In this document: in pieces, positions 63,736 through 64,000 of the stretch
Layout: each line of letters begins with the position of its first letter
Numbering within the stretch: the first letter of the stretch is position 1
Source: Acutalibacteraceae bacterium
Lineage (GTDB): Bacteria > Bacillota > Clostridia > Oscillospirales > Acutalibacteraceae
Length of the DNA: 64,000 nucleotides
Reading direction: 5' to 3'
Assembly: GCA_045649405.1 (NCBI GenBank)
Contig: JAZRPW010000038.1
Location: forward strand, 13,442-77,441
The notes under the pieces: model-generated
What the model was told of the DNA's origin: nothing
Database searches by the model: none
Seen by the model: the letters and a program-made list of their open reading frames with translations, nothing else
Position numbers and translations under genes: made by a program

Positions 63736-64000
63736 ATGTTTAGAAAAATTATTTCTATTTTAATGATGATAGCAATTGTTTTCACAACATTGACTTTTTC
63801 CTCTTGTGGTGAGATTGAGTCAAAAAACCCTGAAAAACCTGAAGAAGTGCCACTCGCTGGAACAACCTATTCAGACCTTTTCAGTGAAAATTATCAATTG
63901 ATTGCTGAAAACAACGAATTGCAATTCTATTTTAATGAAGAAACAACTGATATTAAGTTGGTTAACAAAAAAACAAAGTTTGAATGGACATCTGAGTACT
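63736..64000 (+). CDS. Probable lipoprotein, 3' end beyond the window (possibly DUF5696-like; recollection only)
   Basis: RBS AGGAGAAGG. MFRKIISILMMIAIVFTTLTFSSCGE signal/lipobox-like sequence. The frame is open to the window end. Confidence 0.6.
   Translation, partial: MFRKIISILMMIAIVFTTLTFSSCGEIESKNPEKPEEVPLAGTTYSDLFSENYQLIAENNELQFYFNEETTDIKLVNKKTKFEWTSEY

Noticed and set aside
1-64000. CRISPR arrays, rRNA/tRNA genes, IS elements, integrases, toxin-antitoxin or defence islands
   Set aside because: Reading both strands, I found no regularly spaced identical repeats of 25-40 nt, no cloverleaf-like GC-rich segments in the intergenic regions, and no transposase- or recombinase-like ORFs. This was a by-eye scan only, with no tRNAscan/Infernal run.

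Overview
AT-rich chromosomal segment from a Gram-positive, spore-forming, Clostridia-type bacterium. Supporting evidence: the Firmicute gene orders ylxM-ffh-rpsP-ylqC-rimM-trmD and phoH-ybeY-era-yqzL-recO, the sporulation genes yqfC, yqfD, ylbJ and spoVFA/B, and one dockerin-bearing protein. A Ruminococcus/Oscillospiraceae-like origin is only my inference. I support about 60 protein genes. By eye I recognised no rRNA, tRNA, CRISPR array, transposase or phage module. Most of the window is housekeeping: eno, proS, gpsA-plsY-der, tmcAL, aconitase, rex, rpiB-tsaB-tsaE, a SEDS protein, mutS2, hppA, ptsH, pfkA and the dipicolinate synthase genes. Many ORF-track starts are upstream alternative codons; I re-set them where an RBS or homology argues for it. 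Accessory content and points worth a second look: (1) A 345-nt non-coding gap (20726..21070) holds four degenerate tandem repeats, each with an SD-like box, ATG, two codons and TAA. (2) An uncharacterised extracellular beta-propeller-like family has three tandem membrane-anchored copies wedged between aconitase and rex, plus a fourth dockerin-fused copy 13 kb away; a duplication junction is still visible. (3) An ABC-type cluster (56.6-64 kb) combines a giant modular solute-binding protein, two permeases, an NHL/TPR/Yip1 fusion membrane protein and a lipoprotein. It is preceded by a 430-nt leader carrying a 17-bp motif that recurs on the ptsH promoter. (4) A P1B-ATPase homolog appears to have lost its catalytic motifs. 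(5) A Lys-rich C-terminal module is shared by three surface proteins, two of them tandem GH25 muramidases. (6) An untracked YqzL-like small ORF overlaps recO. All functional readings beyond motif recognition are hypotheses that need database or experimental checks.
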